Assembly (NCBI GenBank): GCA_963665095.1
Contig: OY762069.1
Coordinates: forward strand, 4,736,001 to 4,800,000
Origin: an uncultured Desulfobacter sp.
Lineage (GTDB): Bacteria > Desulfobacterota > Desulfobacteria > Desulfobacterales > Desulfobacteraceae
Direction: 5' to 3'
Length of the DNA: 64,000 nucleotides
The notes below the pieces were generated by a model that ran no database searches, was not told the DNA's origin, and saw only the letters and a list, made by a program, of their open reading frames with translations. Of this stretch, positions 20,603-29,859 are shown in pieces (positions within the stretch are counted from its first letter, which is position 1; every line of letters begins with the position of its first letter). A program made the position numbers and the translations under genes.

Positions 20603-21001
20603 ATGGATATTTTAGTTGGATATAAAAAAGCGAATCAAGATCTTTTAGAGTTTTCGGCCGTTCATGCCAAAGCGTTCAATGCCAATGTGATTCTGGTCAC
20701 CTCCTTGAAAGGGGGCGATGATGATGTGGAAAAAGTTGATAAAGCTAAATACAACCTGGAAGCAGGCAAGCAATTTTTTGATCAAAGAGGAATTCAATGT
20801 GAAACGCATCTGCTTGTGCATGGCATGGAGGCCGGAGAGGATTTGGTCTCCTTTGCACAGGAAAAAAGTGTCTTTCAAATCATTATGGGGGTAAAAAACC
20901 GTTCCAAGGTCGGCAAGCTGCTTTTCGGGTCCACTGCCCAGACGGTCATTCTGACGGCACCCTGCCCGGTTCTTACGGTTAAAGGACAGGATGCTCAGTA
21001 A
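20603..21001 (+). CDS. Universal stress protein
   Basis: IIMG..RSKVGKLLFGSTAQTVIL.APCPVLTV. Confidence 0.92.
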   Translation: MDILVGYKKANQDLLEFSAVHAKAFNANVILVTSLKGGDDDVEKVDKAKYNLEAGKQFFDQRGIQCETHLLVHGMEAGEDLVSFAQEKSVFQIIMGVKNRSKVGKLLFGSTAQTVILTAPCPVLTVKGQDAQ

Positions 21002-21085
21002 TATACCCGGAGCCGCTCCTGGCGTCGGACTTTGATTCCTGCCCTTGAGGTTGACGTTTCGGTGAAATATTTTTGTGGTGAGTCT

Positions 21086-21106
21086 TGGGGTCAAGCTTTG
21101 ACCCCA
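21086..21106. repeat. Short TGGGGTCA...TGACCCCA palindrome (REP-like)
   Basis: TGGGGTCAA-GCT-TTGACCCCA shares its ends with the palindromes at 31720 and 34051. Confidence 0.55.
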
Positions 21107-21126
21107 TTTCTTTATTTTAGGCATTT

Positions 21127-21327
21127 CTATGCGGTCACTTCAACCTCAACAAACTTTTTCTTTTGTTGAAGCAGGTACTTGCATAAAAACGCAAACCCGA
21201 TACTGGCAAAGGCCACGGACACATTTGCCACTCTCCAGTTGAAATGACGGCCCAGGGGTGTGGCAAATACGCTCCAGACATATACCTGGCCAATGATGAT
21301 GTTGATGAACTCCCCCTGGCCGGGCAA
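21127..21327 (-). pseudogene. Probable remnant of an OFA-family MFS transporter
   Basis: IGQVYVWSVFATPL...NW...VSVAF resembles OFA TM1 but only 66 codons remain. Confidence 0.45.
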
Positions 21328-21433
21328 TATCCGTGGGCTTGAAAATGCGATCGAACGATCCCTGATTCTGGACCAGGAACCGGATTTTTTTCAAGGAGAT
21401 CGGCGCGTTTGATGAAACCCCTTTGCAGCCTGG

Positions 21434-22225
21434 TCAAACTCTGACCAGTTCTTCCGGATCGTACTCAATCCTTGCATTGGTAATCATGTCCGCCTCATTG
21501 TCCCTGCGGGTATGCAGGCCCGGATGGACATTGATATCCCAAAGCCTTTTCATCAGCCGAACCTGCTCTGCCATACCATCCAGGTCCTTTGCCGTTACAA
21601 GGGCTTGAATCGCTTTCATCTCCCGCCTTGAACTGCCGGACATACCGGCGCCCCGGTTAAAAATAAGCGAAAGGAGCATTGACTGGGCATCGGCAGGAAG
21701 CGCTGTCACGCCCGGGAATGCTTTTTTCGTCTGTGCCGCATAATGCGGCAGGGTTGACTCATAATGAACCTGGCTTGCTGTCGTCAGTGGAATTTGAATT
21801 GATGCCACTTCCGGGAGCGCAGTATGGGCCGCCTCCCCCTTTAATCCTGAAACGCTTATCAATTTTTCAAGATCCGCATCGGGAATTTTTCCCTGCCAGG
21901 CCTTTTTTATCTTCGTTTCAGGTTGATAGCCAAGGTCGTACCCTATTCCGATGGTGATACCGCTTTTCCCCTTGGGCCAGATGGGATGGGAGAGAAATTT
22001 TTTGTAATATGCAGCCGATGAGATTTCAAAAAAAACAATCCTTTCAAGTCCGCGTCTGGAGCAGACTAAGCTATATGCCTGTGGCTGCGCCGCCTCTTCC
22101 CCCGGCGATTTATCCAGCAGGGCCTCAATGCGTGTCAGGGTGTCTGGTCCAAGAATGCCATCTGCGGTCACGCCAAGACGCCGTTGGATGGCTTTCAATC
22201 GGTCAATGATTTTTTTTGAAGTCAT
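21434..22225 (-). CDS. Peptidoglycan-binding domain + pesticin/T4-lysozyme-like muramidase
   Basis: N-terminal IQRRLGVTADGILGPDT (PG-binding); E...SGITIGIGYDLG, LLSLIFNRG and GL..RR..EA lysozyme-like motifs. Confidence 0.75.
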   Translation of the reverse strand: MTSKKIIDRLKAIQRRLGVTADGILGPDTLTRIEALLDKSPGEEAAQPQAYSLVCSRRGLERIVFFEISSAAYYKKFLSHPIWPKGKSGITIGIGYDLGYQPETKIKKAWQGKIPDADLEKLISVSGLKGEAAHTALPEVASIQIPLTTASQVHYESTLPHYAAQTKKAFPGVTALPADAQSMLLSLIFNRGAGMSGSSRREMKAIQALVTAKDLDGMAEQVRLMKRLWDINVHPGLHTRRDNEADMITNARIEYDPEELVRV

Positions 22226-22351
22226 GTTGCCCCCATAAGGTTTTTTAACGTTGTTTCCTAAATGGTCAGTCTGTTGCTTTTTAGGCTTTCACCCTGCCAG
22301 TTTTTCAGGGTTAAGGGGCAGGATGCTCTGTCATACACCGGAATACAAATG

Positions 22352-24082
22352 TTACTCCAGAAGCCAGGATTCGTGGTTGTAATAGGAGAGAAGGACGGGA
22401 AACAGCAGGGTGTTGATTTCCGTATGCGGACTTTTATCCATACCTTTGCCAAATACCAGCTGGCGTCTGAATACCTCGGGGGTTAAAAAACGGGTGGGCA
22501 CGGTGAATTCAAGATTTGCGATCTGCTGTGTCAGTTGGATGTGGTTGTCATCGCCCCGGGTGCATAAATACCAGCCCCAGTCCCCGAAAGAGGGGACATT
22601 TTCATGGAAGGGCAGGATGGAAAAGCCAGCCGCTGCCAGGGTCCGGCCAATGCAAAGGAAGCTCTCCCTAGCCAGATAGGGGGAGGTGGACTGGACCGCG
22701 GCCATCCCGCCCTGAGCCAGCCTGCACCGGACTTTTAAATAAAATTCCTTAGAGTAGAGCTTGGTCAGTTCCGGTGTGGACGGATCGGGCATATCCACGA
22801 TTATGACATCCCACTCCCCTTTGGCCTGTTCCAGAAATTTGTCTGCATCCAGGTTCATGACCCGCACCTGGGCCACACGCCTGGTGGTTCTGTCTCTTTT
22901 CCGGGTGCCGGTATTCTGGTAGATCTGGCGAAAGGGCCCGGGCGTAATGCCCTGGCCAGTGAGGGTGGTCAGTTTGGCATTGTCAAAGGCATGGTTGTTC
23001 AGGCGGGAGAGCAGGGGATGGGTGGCGGCAAGCGCTGTCATGGCCGGGTCCAGATCCACCAGGGTAATTTTATCCACATCCGGGTATTTCAGGATTTCCC
23101 TTAATGCACATCCGTCCCCCCCGCCCAGCACCAGCACCTGTTTATGGGACCGGGCCAGGGCCATGGCCGGATGAACCAGGGGCTCATGGTACCTTGCCTC
23201 GTCCGTGCTGCACAGCTGCAGGTTCCCGTTTAAAAAGAGCCGGATTTCGTCCAGGGGTTTGAAATGGGTGAGCACAATATGCTGGTACTGGCTGGTTTTT
23301 GAATAGATGATAGGGTCATCGTACAGGGCCTGTTCATTGGTGATCTGCCACTCCCGGTTGTGAAGATATCCGTAAATAACGGCTGCACAGGTGACCGCCA
23401 TAATCGTCATCAAAATAAAGTTGCTTTTTATGATGCCTTTCCGGGTGAAATAGAGAAAGGTGATCAGGGCCAGGCTGAAATTCATGCCTGCTGTGAGAAA
23501 GGCGGCCTCGGTAATGGGGAAAAACCGCAGCAGCAAAAAGACATATATCAGCGCCCCTGCCAGGGACCCGATATAGTCTGCAGACAGAATATTGCCCAGA
23601 TTGGTGGATAACTCCCGGGAAAAGTCATTGTTGATCCGGATGATCACAGGGATTTCCAGACCGATGAGGATGCCGATAACAGAGACAAAGAAATAGAGCA
23701 CCAGGCTGTAATGGGCGGTATATCCGTATGACAGATAGGTCAGGGTGGGGGAATATCCACCTGCCAGGGCCAGGGCAATTTCAATGCCGATGAAAGCAAA
23801 CACCAGGCCCTTTTTGGGAATTCTTGCCTGGATCAGGCTGCCGAATCCCATCCAGAACATCATCAGCCCGATGACCATGGCCCACTGCTCAAAGGCATTG
23901 CCAAGAATCATGGAGGCAAGGCTTGCCTGGATATACTCAAGGATGATGCCGCAGGCCCCGGAGGCAAACATGCACAGGCATAAAAGGGCTGAGGCAAAGT
24001 TAAGTCGGGAGCGCCCCATATCATCCGGGCGCTCCTGTTGGGCCGGCAGGCCGGACAGCAATGGATCAGATGGCATGGGCAA
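22352..24082 (-). CDS. speE: Membrane-bound polyamine aminopropyltransferase (long-form spermidine synthase)
   Basis: About 7 N-terminal TMs, then DEARYHE.LVHP, VLGGGDG, VDLDP and DMPDP. Start may be 24076 or 24019. Confidence 0.88.
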   Translation of the reverse strand: MPMPSDPLLSGLPAQQERPDDMGRSRLNFASALLCLCMFASGACGIILEYIQASLASMILGNAFEQWAMVIGLMMFWMGFGSLIQARIPKKGLVFAFIGIEIALALAGGYSPTLTYLSYGYTAHYSLVLYFFVSVIGILIGLEIPVIIRINNDFSRELSTNLGNILSADYIGSLAGALIYVFLLLRFFPITEAAFLTAGMNFSLALITFLYFTRKGIIKSNFILMTIMAVTCAAVIYGYLHNREWQITNEQALYDDPIIYSKTSQYQHIVLTHFKPLDEIRLFLNGNLQLCSTDEARYHEPLVHPAMALARSHKQVLVLGGGDGCALREILKYPDVDKITLVDLDPAMTALAATHPLLSRLNNHAFDNAKLTTLTGQGITPGPFRQIYQNTGTRKRDRTTRRVAQVRVMNLDADKFLEQAKGEWDVIIVDMPDPSTPELTKLYSKEFYLKVRCRLAQGGMAAVQSTSPYLARESFLCIGRTLAAAGFSILPFHENVPSFGDWGWYLCTRGDDNHIQLTQQIANLEFTVPTRFLTPEVFRRQLVFGKGMDKSPHTEINTLLFPVLLSYYNHESWLLE

Positions 24083-24956
24083 TGATCAGGGCCACCGCAA
24101 TCATGGCGCCCTCCACCACCACCAGGGCTGCCACGTTCCTGTCCTCTTTGATCTCTGTGGCCAGGTTGGTGGTGGGCAGAAGGAACCGGTCGATAACCGC
24201 CCGGAAGCCCAGCAGCAGAATCATGCCGAATATGGTGTAGATGAAAAAGCCGCCAATATCACTGCCCCATCCGGTAAAAGGGCCTGCCAGGCTGCCCTTG
24301 AGAATAACCCCTAAGGCCACGAGAAGTCCGGCAAGGCCAATGCCTGCAGCGACATTGTTCTCTTTGATTTCATCCCTGATATTAAACGGGGTCATGGTTT
24401 CGTAAACCAGGCCAAAGGCCAGAAGAACGGCCTGGCCCAGCACAAAGAAGATGATCGCTGACAATATGGACTGAATAAATGTGCCGCCGCCACCGGAAAG
24501 GCTGCCGTTAAGGATGAAGCCTGTTGCCAGGTACATGCCGGCTTCCACCATGCCAAGGGCGGTGTTGCCGGTGATGGTACGGCCATCCTCCAGGGTAAAT
24601 ATTTTTGCACATTCCCGATCGTTGTCCAGATGTCCCATCATTATGAAATCATTAATGAATCTGGATATAAACAGGCAGGCGGTGATGATCACACCATCCA
24701 CCAGAAGGCAGCCAATGTCTTTCCAGAATCCGGCGGACCCCCCGGACAGCGCCCCTGCCATGGCAATGGCAATGGCCAGATAGAGTCCGGCCCGCCGCAG
24801 ACCCACGGCCACATTGCCGTCGTCAATATGGCGGTCATCATCAAAATTGGTGGTCCGCATGTCATCCAGCCATTTGGCCAGAAGAATAAATATGATACTT
24901 ACCAGGGCAAAACAAAAGCCCTGAACCAGATTGGTTAAAATCGTCAAGATGCTCAT
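24066..24956 (-). CDS. DUF350 (YjfL-like) membrane protein, tandem domains
   Basis: Repeated hydrophobic units with I..GNVAVG, EIKENNVAAG and EIKEDRNVAA. Confidence 0.8.
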   Translation of the reverse strand: MSILTILTNLVQGFCFALVSIIFILLAKWLDDMRTTNFDDDRHIDDGNVAVGLRRAGLYLAIAIAMAGALSGGSAGFWKDIGCLLVDGVIITACLFISRFINDFIMMGHLDNDRECAKIFTLEDGRTITGNTALGMVEAGMYLATGFILNGSLSGGGGTFIQSILSAIIFFVLGQAVLLAFGLVYETMTPFNIRDEIKENNVAAGIGLAGLLVALGVILKGSLAGPFTGWGSDIGGFFIYTIFGMILLLGFRAVIDRFLLPTTNLATEIKEDRNVAALVVVEGAMIAVALIIAHAI

Positions 24957-24969
24957 CTGTTAGGTCTCC

Positions 24970-26646
24970 TTATTTGCCTTTTGACTTGGGCCCGCCGCCC
25001 CGTATGCCTGAGCCGCCGCCCCTGACCGAAGCAGAGGCGGTTTTCACTCCGCCGGTTTTGGAAAAGGTGCTGTTCTGATATTTGGGTGACATGGTTGTAC
25101 GGGTGCCCCGGGAACCAAAGGTATCTACGCCGGTCTTACTGCTGCCGTAATAGGGTTTTTGGTGCCTGTAATCGTTGCGCCAGCGGTTCCATGAACCATA
25201 GGAGTAGTAATAGGGCGGGTAGAAAAACAGGTTGGAGAAAAAGGCATACCGTCCGTACCAGGACCAGAAGCTGTTGCCGTTGCCATCCTTTTTCCACTCC
25301 CCGTACTGGGGGTTGCCCACATAGGCCATACCGGGCGGGGCTGCCTGGGGATCCGGCTCAAACTCACCATAGGGTTTGGAGAGAATGGCCATGCCCAGGT
25401 TGTTGATATTCTGTTCGTAAAAAGAGGGGTTTACCTTGACCCAGCCGGTCTCTTCAGTTTTACCGTTTTCCTCTTTCAGGTATTTGTGAAAATATTCCTG
25501 CCGGACGCTGTCCAGATAAAAACTGGCAGCATTGTGCCCGGATCTTTGGGGCCAGTTTTCCACAGGATCAATTTTCAGCTCCTTAAAGGCGTTGGACAGG
25601 CCTGAGGCCACGTGCAGGCTTAAGCTGCTGAACCCGGGTTTCAGTTCCGCTATGCTGTCTGCCTCGGACTCATTCAGGGCCTGGAACGTGTCAAGGGAGA
25701 CCTGTCTGGTGAAGCTGGCAATTACCGGATTATAGTAATCAGACCGCTCATCCCAGGATTCCCGCTTGATGGTGACAAAATAGTCCACCTTCATGTCCTC
25801 AAGCACCTTGGTATAACTCTGGTAGAGCTGGTCAATATCCTTTTCAAGTTCAGGACCGTCCGTTGTCAGGTCCTTTCGGGCCTTTTCCACGGCATCGGCC
25901 GCAGTGACAAAGGCGGCATAATCGGCATTGCCCGCCTTGTGTGCCTCATATTGTGCCTTGACCACATTGACATTTGCCCTGGTCGCATCCGCCATTTTTG
26001 AAAACGGGGCAAACCGGGCATTGATTTTATCCAGGGAATCAGGAAACTTTTCTCTGGCCTTGGCCACCGGCCCCTGGTCCAGGGCGGCAACCGTTGACAT
26101 AATTGTGTCTGAGGCGGCCAGGGCCGCTTTTTCCATGGCCTGGGTGCCGGTCATGGCTGCCTGAATCCGGGAGATACGCTCAAACGGAGCCTGGGCCTGA
26201 CTTTTTGCCTCCTGGATCACGGAATTTACCTGTTTGATCTGGGCTTTGGCCTGGGCTGCCCCTTCAGGTCGGTTCTGTTTGATGGTTACACCAAGACCTT
26301 TGTCGTACACCTCCTTTGCCCGGGTTAAGGTGGCGCTGGCCTTGTCAAAGGCCCCATCCCATTTCTCTTTTGCTGCATAGGGCGCCATGGCAGAGAACTT
26401 CGGCGAAGCATTGGTGCTGGCATATTTATCCTTCTGGCTTTTTATATAGTCCCGGGTGGTGTCCAGGCTCTTTTTTACCGATGTGGCCTCCTGCCTGATG
26501 TTGTCAGGAAGGCCCTGGCCGCAGCCGGTAAGAAGGAAGAGACTTGCTATCAGCAGAACAAGCCCTTGGGCGGCGAATCGGGCATGCCGGAGCACGGCGC
26601 CGCCTGTGGCCCTGTGGCTATTCTGGGCTGGGTGGTTCTGTTTCAT
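24970..26646 (-). CDS. Large lipoprotein with coiled coil and aromatic/Gly-Ser-Arg-rich C-terminal tail
   Basis: Lipobox LLTGC; tail YVGNPQYGEW...FWSWYGRY...SVRGGGSGIRGGGPKSKGK. Confidence 0.75.
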   Translation of the reverse strand: MKQNHPAQNSHRATGGAVLRHARFAAQGLVLLIASLFLLTGCGQGLPDNIRQEATSVKKSLDTTRDYIKSQKDKYASTNASPKFSAMAPYAAKEKWDGAFDKASATLTRAKEVYDKGLGVTIKQNRPEGAAQAKAQIKQVNSVIQEAKSQAQAPFERISRIQAAMTGTQAMEKAALAASDTIMSTVAALDQGPVAKAREKFPDSLDKINARFAPFSKMADATRANVNVVKAQYEAHKAGNADYAAFVTAADAVEKARKDLTTDGPELEKDIDQLYQSYTKVLEDMKVDYFVTIKRESWDERSDYYNPVIASFTRQVSLDTFQALNESEADSIAELKPGFSSLSLHVASGLSNAFKELKIDPVENWPQRSGHNAASFYLDSVRQEYFHKYLKEENGKTEETGWVKVNPSFYEQNINNLGMAILSKPYGEFEPDPQAAPPGMAYVGNPQYGEWKKDGNGNSFWSWYGRYAFFSNLFFYPPYYYSYGSWNRWRNDYRHQKPYYGSSKTGVDTFGSRGTRTTMSPKYQNSTFSKTGGVKTASASVRGGGSGIRGGGPKSKGK

Positions 26647-27280
26647 TGCCGTTCTCTCCTCTGGTTACAAGGGTGATCTCGCCGGGATCCACAGGCCGGG
26701 AAATATAGATATAGTACTCCTCTTTGTCCCCGTCCTGCCACTCTTCAATGGTGATGAACAATCCGCCCCGTTCATTGACAAACTCATACATGTAGACCTT
26801 TTCTTCCCTGCCGCCACGCCGGTATATGGCTGCCCAGTCATCATCATACTCATAGGTCTCCCCTGCGTAGACAATGCTGTCCTCATCGTCGGCAATCTGG
26901 TCCAGGTCATCTTCATCAATGGCCTGCCCCTCATCATCGGTCAGGCGGTTGAACTTGGTCTGATCCAGGGTGATGGTCACCTCAAGCTCATCATCATATT
27001 CCCATTCAAAATGCCCCACAGCACCGGTTTCCAGGCAAAGGCAGGTCAGTTCGGTAACAAAGAAGTCTTTAAGCTTTGAAAAGTCCCCGCTGGTCTCCTG
27101 GTAGGTGTTGATCTCCTGGATGTAATAGGTGTTGCCAAAGCAGGTGAAAAAGTCACCTTTCCGGGTGTCCATAATTGTCAGACGGGTCTGGTCCTCATTT
27201 GAGACCAGCCTGTCCGGGTCCAGGGTGCGGATCAGGGAAAAGCGCTGGTCAAAGGATTTTTTTTCGGAAGCAGATATCAT
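26618..27280 (-). CDS. DUF4178-like protein
   Basis: Acidic; FEWEYDDELE, YMYEF and ITIEEW motifs; next to DUF350 and speE. Confidence 0.65.
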   Translation of the reverse strand: MISASEKKSFDQRFSLIRTLDPDRLVSNEDQTRLTIMDTRKGDFFTCFGNTYYIQEINTYQETSGDFSKLKDFFVTELTCLCLETGAVGHFEWEYDDELEVTITLDQTKFNRLTDDEGQAIDEDDLDQIADDEDSIVYAGETYEYDDDWAAIYRRGGREEKVYMYEFVNERGGLFITIEEWQDGDKEEYYIYISRPVDPGEITLVTRGENGNETEPPSPE

Positions 27281-27281
27281 A

Positions 27282-28514
27282 CTATTTCTCCTGGCGTCTT
27301 GACGTTAAGGCGTCGGTCCTGGCCCTGAACCGTTCATTCATTACGCCCAGGGCATTGGAACTCTGGGATGCGATGCTGATGGTCTCCTTGGAGATGGCCG
27401 CATAGGTGTCAAAGGCCTGCTCATAGGTGTTGCACGCCTCTTCCAGGGCCTGAATGTTCACGGTCATACTCTGGCTCATCTTTGCGCCCTTGACAGCGGC
27501 ATCACCGATCACCTTTGCCGTGTCCGTCATGGTTTCAGCTGCGGCCTGCTGGACCATGTCCAGGTGTTTCAGGGTCTCCATCTGCTGTTCTGCGGCCACC
27601 CGCACGGCCAGGGCGTTTTTCACGGCCGTGGACAGAATCATATCCGTACGCTGGACCAGCCGCTGGACCAGGTGGGAGTTTCTCACCATCATCTCACCAC
27701 CGAACCGGGTCTGGAGATTGGAGTTGTCAATGGTCTGAAGATCCACAACCGCCATGGCCAGATCCGATGTCAGGGTGGTCAGGGCTTCTTTGACCCGGGG
27801 ATCATCCACCGTATCAAGGTGGGCCGTCAGTTTCTCCCAGATGAGCTGGCCCACGTAAATCTGCTCCTGCAGGGTCGGCTGGATCTCCTTGAGGGCATCG
27901 CAGATCTGGGCCAGTTCTGCCGCGTCAAAGGCCACCTGGTCCGCGTCATTGCGCAGATGGTCCCGGATGCCGTCGATGGTGGAGTTTACAGTCTCCCTGC
28001 GCTCGGCAATGATGCGCAGAATCTCGTCGCCTTTGGGCAGACGGTTCACCGTACGGGTGAAAAGCCCCATCACCTTTTTGGGCAGGGGCATTTCTGTTTT
28101 TGCCACCATGGTGGGGTTGACCTTGTCCAGTTCCACCTTGATGGCCAGGATATTTTTACCCACAGGCGAACGGTCATCAGATGCCACATTTTTTAGTACG
28201 GAACCCATTTTGCGGTCGTAAAGGGAGACCTGGGCCTGGGTTTTTTCCATGATTTCCCTGCCCAGAGAAAAGACAAAATTGCCCAGCTGCCAGTTGGAGG
28301 GATCTTCTTTCACCTTGTCCACAAAGGCCTGGGCTTCCTCTTCAAACTTTTTTATATCCTCCACAGCAAGGTGCTTGGGCTGGACCGGCACCAGCTGGTT
28401 CGGGGCCTGAACAGGGGTGAGTGCACCCTGGCCGGATGCTTCAGATACTTCCGCTATTACAGGGGCTTTGGCCTGGCCGGCCACATTGGCGAGTTCCTGA
28501 GCCAAACTGGTCAT
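27282..28514 (-). CDS. Toxic anion resistance protein (TelA/KlaB family)
   Basis: All-helical coiled coil of 410 aa with TelA-like layout (LGRE, KKVMGLF, ETVNSTIDGI, ALEEA). Confidence 0.65.
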   Translation of the reverse strand: MTSLAQELANVAGQAKAPVIAEVSEASGQGALTPVQAPNQLVPVQPKHLAVEDIKKFEEEAQAFVDKVKEDPSNWQLGNFVFSLGREIMEKTQAQVSLYDRKMGSVLKNVASDDRSPVGKNILAIKVELDKVNPTMVAKTEMPLPKKVMGLFTRTVNRLPKGDEILRIIAERRETVNSTIDGIRDHLRNDADQVAFDAAELAQICDALKEIQPTLQEQIYVGQLIWEKLTAHLDTVDDPRVKEALTTLTSDLAMAVVDLQTIDNSNLQTRFGGEMMVRNSHLVQRLVQRTDMILSTAVKNALAVRVAAEQQMETLKHLDMVQQAAAETMTDTAKVIGDAAVKGAKMSQSMTVNIQALEEACNTYEQAFDTYAAISKETISIASQSSNALGVMNERFRARTDALTSRRQEK

Positions 28515-28525
28515 GGTGATCTCCT

Positions 28526-29047
28526 TTATGAAAATTTGCCCTCAAGAAAGTGGGCCATGGTTTTAAATTCAGCGGTTTCATTATTTTCCACGATCTGACG
28601 GGATCTTTTGCAGACCTCGTGCAGGCTTTCTATGGTTTTTTCAAATGCATCTTTCTGGGTTTCCCTGCTTTCCGGGGAAAGATCCAGGTATTCTTTGACT
28701 GTTTTATAAAGGTGGGTGCCCCCGATTTTTTTCAGCTCATAGGTCAGGGTTTCTCCGGGGTATCGTTCTATCATGTCCGGAAGCAGCACCTTAAGGTCAT
28801 CAATAATGGTTTCAATTCTCTGGATCAGGGTCATGGAAAAATTACGGTCTGTTCTGACCATTATATTGAGCTTGATCAGGGTATCAAGGATCTCCTTGAA
28901 ATTTGCGCCCGGGTCCTTTTTTTCAGTGGGCTGGGGTTTGGCCGAAGCCTCTTCCCTTTTGATCGTCGGGGTTTTAAACCGTTTGATGATAAGGCTGAAA
29001 ATAAATACTGCAGTAATAAATACAGCAGCTGTGATCATGAGTTTCAT
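28526..29047 (-). CDS. Membrane-anchored helical protein (XpaC/KlaA-like TelA partner)
   Basis: N-terminal TM, HLYKTVKEYLDL, ends in FLEGKF; immediately upstream of the TelA-like gene; GGAAGG RBS. Confidence 0.55.
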   Translation of the reverse strand: MKLMITAAVFITAVFIFSLIIKRFKTPTIKREEASAKPQPTEKKDPGANFKEILDTLIKLNIMVRTDRNFSMTLIQRIETIIDDLKVLLPDMIERYPGETLTYELKKIGGTHLYKTVKEYLDLSPESRETQKDAFEKTIESLHEVCKRSRQIVENNETAEFKTMAHFLEGKFS

Positions 29048-29379
29048 GAAAAATATCCTTCCAGATGTTGGTTTGAAATCGCCAGGTCGCGCATCGGGTT
29101 CGTTTCGTCTTTGTTGTCTTCCGTGCCATGAAGCCCGGAGATGCTTTAAACACAATACAGTTATACATCATATGGCGTTAAGTTCAAGCCCGTCTTCCTG
29201 CTTGACTTTATCTGCTGCAATGATTACTTCCTTTTGCCGGTCCCAGGCGGTATAATACCAGCTGGTTTTATTTTAAAGGACCATAGTTTATTTCCTTTTT
29301 GGGGCCATGGGCCGGCCCGGATTTACTGTAAAACTTCCGGAGCGGCACTGGCCAACAAAAGGAAACAGGAGGCATACTA

Positions 29380-29850
29380 ATGACAATAACCAGATCAGGA
29401 ATACATGTAATTCTCTGTGCAGTGGCCGCAGCAGTGATCATGGGCGGTTGTGCATCATCCAGTTCCAACGTATACACCTATGACCAGACCATGCGGGCCC
29501 AGACCGTTGACACCGGCACTGTGGAGTCGGTCAAAAGCGTTTTGATCCAGTCTTCTCAACCCCCGGGTGCCGGTGCTGCCATTGGTGGTGTGACCGGCGG
29601 TGTGCTCGGCAGCACGGTGGGCCACGGACCGGGACGGGATGTGGCCACGGTGGTGGGCGCGCTGGCAGGTGCAGCTCTGGGCGCTGCCATTCAAACGGAT
29701 GCAGAAACCAAAAACGGCCTGGAGATCGTTGTGAATCTGGACAGAGGCCGAACCATTGTGGTGGTTCAGGAGGCAGATGTACTCATGTATCCCGGTGACC
29801 GGGTGCGGGTAATCACCTCCCCGGACGGTACCACCCGAATATCAAAGTAA
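29380..29850 (+). CDS. Outer membrane lipoprotein SlyB-like (glycine zipper)
   Basis: Lipobox MGGC; GAAIGGVTGGVLG glycine zipper; GLEIVV.LD.G.TIVVVQ. Confidence 0.85.
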   Translation: MTITRSGIHVILCAVAAAVIMGGCASSSSNVYTYDQTMRAQTVDTGTVESVKSVLIQSSQPPGAGAAIGGVTGGVLGSTVGHGPGRDVATVVGALAGAALGAAIQTDAETKNGLEIVVNLDRGRTIVVVQEADVLMYPGDRVRVITSPDGTTRISK

Positions 29851-29859
29851 TAGGAGCAT

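Noticed and set aside
21434..22225. Prophage
   Set aside because: No integrase, structural or holin genes nearby.
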